DNA of 61,799 nucleotides, filler included, from Diploschistes diacapsis (taxonomy: Eukaryota): assembly GCA_023645945.1 (NCBI GenBank). It is 6 parts of 6 records of this genome, joined end to end, with 100 filler letters (N's around TTAATTAATTAA, not from the genome) between each part and the next. Parts side by side here need not be neighbours in the genome. Positions count along the whole stretch, not along the records: positions 51,597 to 61,799 come from JALAIB010000953.1; 5 more parts are not named here. One strand, 5' to 3'. Position numbers and translations under genes: made by a program. Below, in pieces: positions 60,800 through 61,799 of this stretch (positions are counted from its first letter, which is position 1; every line of letters begins with the position of its first letter). Below the pieces are notes generated by a model, which was not told the origin of the DNA, did no database searches, and worked only from the letters and a program-made list of their open reading frames with translations.

Positions 60800-61799
60800 T
60801 ACTGTAAAGATGAAAAACTCCTTGGAGAAAAATATGTGTTACTGTAGAAAAACCTATTCTGAAAAGTCGGACATAAAAACTAACTTAACCGAGAGATAAG
60901 GGGAAGTGTTATTCTGTCTTGTGGAGCACCTGTAATTTACAGATGTTTTGGGTTTTCCGGGAGTACTTACTGTACTATATAAATTTATATGAAGCATTAG
61001 ATACTGTCAGGTGATTAACGTAAATGGGTTAGTCTATTTAACTAGTTAGCACTATTAGGACCCTGAAGGTTCTCTAACCCTTCAGGACACGTCACTAACA
61101 ACTGTTGAACATCCTACTGACAACAGTTAAACGTCCTACTAGTAATGATCTACTAGTAGCCAGGGGCTATTAAGGAGGATCTTTGGATTATTGGATTATT
61201 AATCCAATAATATTTGAACCAGGGATCTAATAAATGTTGGATAATTTAATCCAATATTTATGTTGGATTGTGGATTAAATAATGTTGAATTAGAAGATCT
61301 AACATTAACGTATTTCACAAGTCATCCGCCTACCTACCCCACCTTCTATATGTTTTCAACCTTGTAACATAATTAATTCAGGCTATAATGAAATTTCTTT
61401 TATTTAACTAGTATTATAGCGTTGCGAGTATGTACGGGTAGTATATTCGTACGAATTATATAAACTGTATCGTGGTAGAACGCGTGTTTTTTGCGAAAAG
61501 GCATCATACTCCTCCGTAGTTAAAGTAGTATTTATATTTGATTTTATACGATTTTATCCTTCCTATACGGTCAAAACATTTTTTTATAATATAGAAGTAA
61601 TTAGATTCGATCGTTTTCGTCTTTGTTTTTAATTTAGAACGCGTAAAACGACGTTTTTATTAACGAGAAGTGCGGCGTTATATATCGTCATTTAATAGTC
61701 TTTAATAAGCTAATTTAAAGTATAATTTATTAAACTTATTAAACTTATCGTACGACGTTAAAGATATCGTTTAATAAGAATAGATTAACGGTCTAATTG
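60800..61799. mobile_element. AT-rich RIP-like repeat relic with internal inverted and tandem repeats
   Basis: TpA-rich, CpA/TpG-poor; CpG retained especially after ~61400; palindromes at 61187-61260. Confidence 0.7.

Overview
Filamentous-ascomycete (Pezizomycotina-type) nuclear DNA with short spliceosomal introns. It is not one locus: six ~10.2 kb contigs (10236, 10222, 10217, 10217, 10204, 10203 bp, in descending length) are joined by identical 100-nt N44-TTAATTAATTAA-N44 spacers, so linkage across spacers means nothing. Recognisable genes: DUF676 lipase, REX3, ERG25, a pterin carbinolamine dehydratase-domain protein, BPL1, COA4, HPT1/XPT1-like PRTase, an uncharacterised alpha/beta hydrolase, HRI1, a DUF1989 protein, ATR/MEC1, Cnl2/Nkp2, a SNF2 ATPase, a Psg1/DUF4448-like membrane protein, a G1-peptidase homologue, a Pcl cyclin, VCX1, an amino-acid permease, coronin, SNX41/ATG20 and an intron-containing tRNA-Val(CAC). 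Signals the ORF track does not explain: (1) a perfectly paired Pol III tRNA-like gene with an 8-nt anticodon loop and atypical identity elements (37115-37189); (2) a collapsed sedolisin (S53) pseudogene; (3) a probable alternative acidic C-terminal exon of coronin; (4) a G1 peptidase lacking its catalytic Glu; (5) a decayed small secreted protein; (6) an intron-split ATG in ERG25; (7) RIP-like, CpG-sparing AT-rich relics at two contig ends. All family calls come from motifs recognised by eye; no database searches were run.
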